The notes beneath the pieces are model-generated. The model had not been told where the DNA came from, made no database searches, and was given only the letters and a program-made list of their open reading frames with translations. A DNA stretch of 63,810 nucleotides, filler included, from Reticulomyxa filosa (lineage: Eukaryota; Protista; Foraminifera): NCBI GenBank assembly GCA_000512085.1. It is 18 parts of 18 records of this genome, joined end to end, with 100 filler letters (N's around TTAATTAATTAA, not from the genome) between each part and the next. Parts side by side here need not be neighbours in the genome. Positions count along the whole stretch, not along the records: positions 62,811 to 63,810 come from ASPP01035559.1; 17 more parts are not named here. One strand, given 5' to 3'. Below are positions 62,811-63,810 of this stretch, one piece after another. Made by a program: the position numbers and the translations under genes. Within the stretch, counting starts at the first letter, position 1; every line of letters starts with the position of its first letter.

Positions 62811-63810
62811 GGGGGGGACGTCTGTCAAACCTCTTTGTTATCGCAGTGCAGGCAACCAAAGATGAGATATTTTTCCAAGTGAGAAATACATCTGGAGAAA
62901 AGCTCTTCCCAACAAAAGAAGAAAAAGAAGAAGATTTAGAGGTTTGCATAAAAGGGGTCGATACGCTGTTGCAACCAACAGTATGCGATTGAGTAGCTGC
63001 TGTGACTTGTCTTTTGTTTGCTTTGACATAATTCAATGTCAACAAACGGAACAGTTGTTGATCGTGCTGAAGCAGGTGGTATTGCAACAAAGACAGAAGG
63101 GTGGTCTTGAATAAACCGCTCAAGCCGTTCTTTCAATCCTTTGTACTTTGTCTTCGAATCATTCAACTTCGTGTAACGCTTTATGAGTCCAATATTGTTG
63201 TCTCGCTCACTTCCTTTATACGTATAATAACGTATCCCCTCGTGATATTGCACTTGAGCAGCTTTGGATATAGCACGTTGGACAAAATGGTCGCGCAGAA
63301 ATGTGTGTCGTCGGTATATGTTGCAAAGAGAACACACAAATTTGCGTGTGGTCAAAGTCCACTGGCGTTGGATCTCTGCAAACGTCGTCTTGTTGGTCAA
63401 CGATGACTGCCGGAGCAAGAGGAGCAACTGACCCTTTCCATGTTTGTATCTTGCGCAGATGCAAGCGACCAAGCTGGTCCAAATGCCACTCAAATCCATA
63501 TCTCCTCACCTCGAGACATTGGCTTGGCAATACACACATACATGCCTTTGGTAAATGAATAGTACAGCTTTTGGAAATGGCTAGCAGAGCATCCTTTGCC
63601 GTCAATGTTGTACAGTACCCATGGCAGCTGCTGCAAAAAATAATAGTTTTCTGAGAGATTGCTGTCATCGTTGTTATTCCAACTACCATTGCTACTTGCT
63701 GCCATTTCTACTCCATTTGCAATCAATAATGGACTGACTTGACTTTGTTTGGAAATTCTGCTCCGCCATTTGCACGACCGTGTCTCGAATGGCATCGACC
63801 TCTCTTATCT
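62811..63810 (-). CDS. Hypothetical protein fragment (frameshifted or spliced), function unknown
   Basis: Overlapping minus-strand ORFs 63490-63795, 63216-63689 and 62936-63499 with coding-like composition. Confidence 0.3.

Noticed and set aside
62936-63795. Possible OST-HTH/LOTUS-like segments (FQKLYYSFTKG; LERFIQDHPSVF)
   Set aside because: Similarity is impressionistic and the frames are broken; needs a profile search.
1-63810. Alternative genetic code, tRNA, rRNA or CRISPR features
   Set aside because: Conserved genes (gpmA, MTHFSD, SmD3) read normally with standard stops, and no RNA gene or repeat-spacer array was recognised.

Overview
This window is not one locus. It is 18 unrelated eukaryotic draft contigs joined by 17 artificial 100-bp spacers (N44-TTAATTAATTAA-N44), so adjacency across spacers has no biological meaning. 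The DNA is AT-rich with short introns, standard genetic code and frequent homopolymer frameshifts. The kelch, ART-like and SecA-like family sequences resemble those I recall from the freshwater foraminiferan Reticulomyxa filosa (Rhizaria); this attribution is an inference. Recognisable genes are: an NT-C2 domain protein, MTHFSD, a tetraspanin, a TPR protein, two coiled-coil proteins, SmD3, a PDZ-SAM-PX protein, a CAMK-like kinase, a large RNF213/mysterin-like fragment, PP4R3/SMEK, a DHHC palmitoyltransferase, a DH-PH-FYVE RhoGEF, dPGM (gpmA) and a myristoylated kelch protein. Degraded sequences include a Tc1 (DD34E) transposase, an SLC12 fragment, an ART-like fragment and an LRR/SecA-like helicase chimera. 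One contig (58571-59675) is proteobacterial and carries hbd, a divergent liuR and a perfect LiuR box. The most interesting signals are (1) an RNF213-like protein with no visible RING and an RZ finger whose catalytic Cys is replaced by Tyr, (2) a DHYC palmitoyltransferase that has lost 7 of 8 zinc ligands, and (3) an intron style with GTT donors, A-rich acceptors and internal T-run/A-run palindromes.
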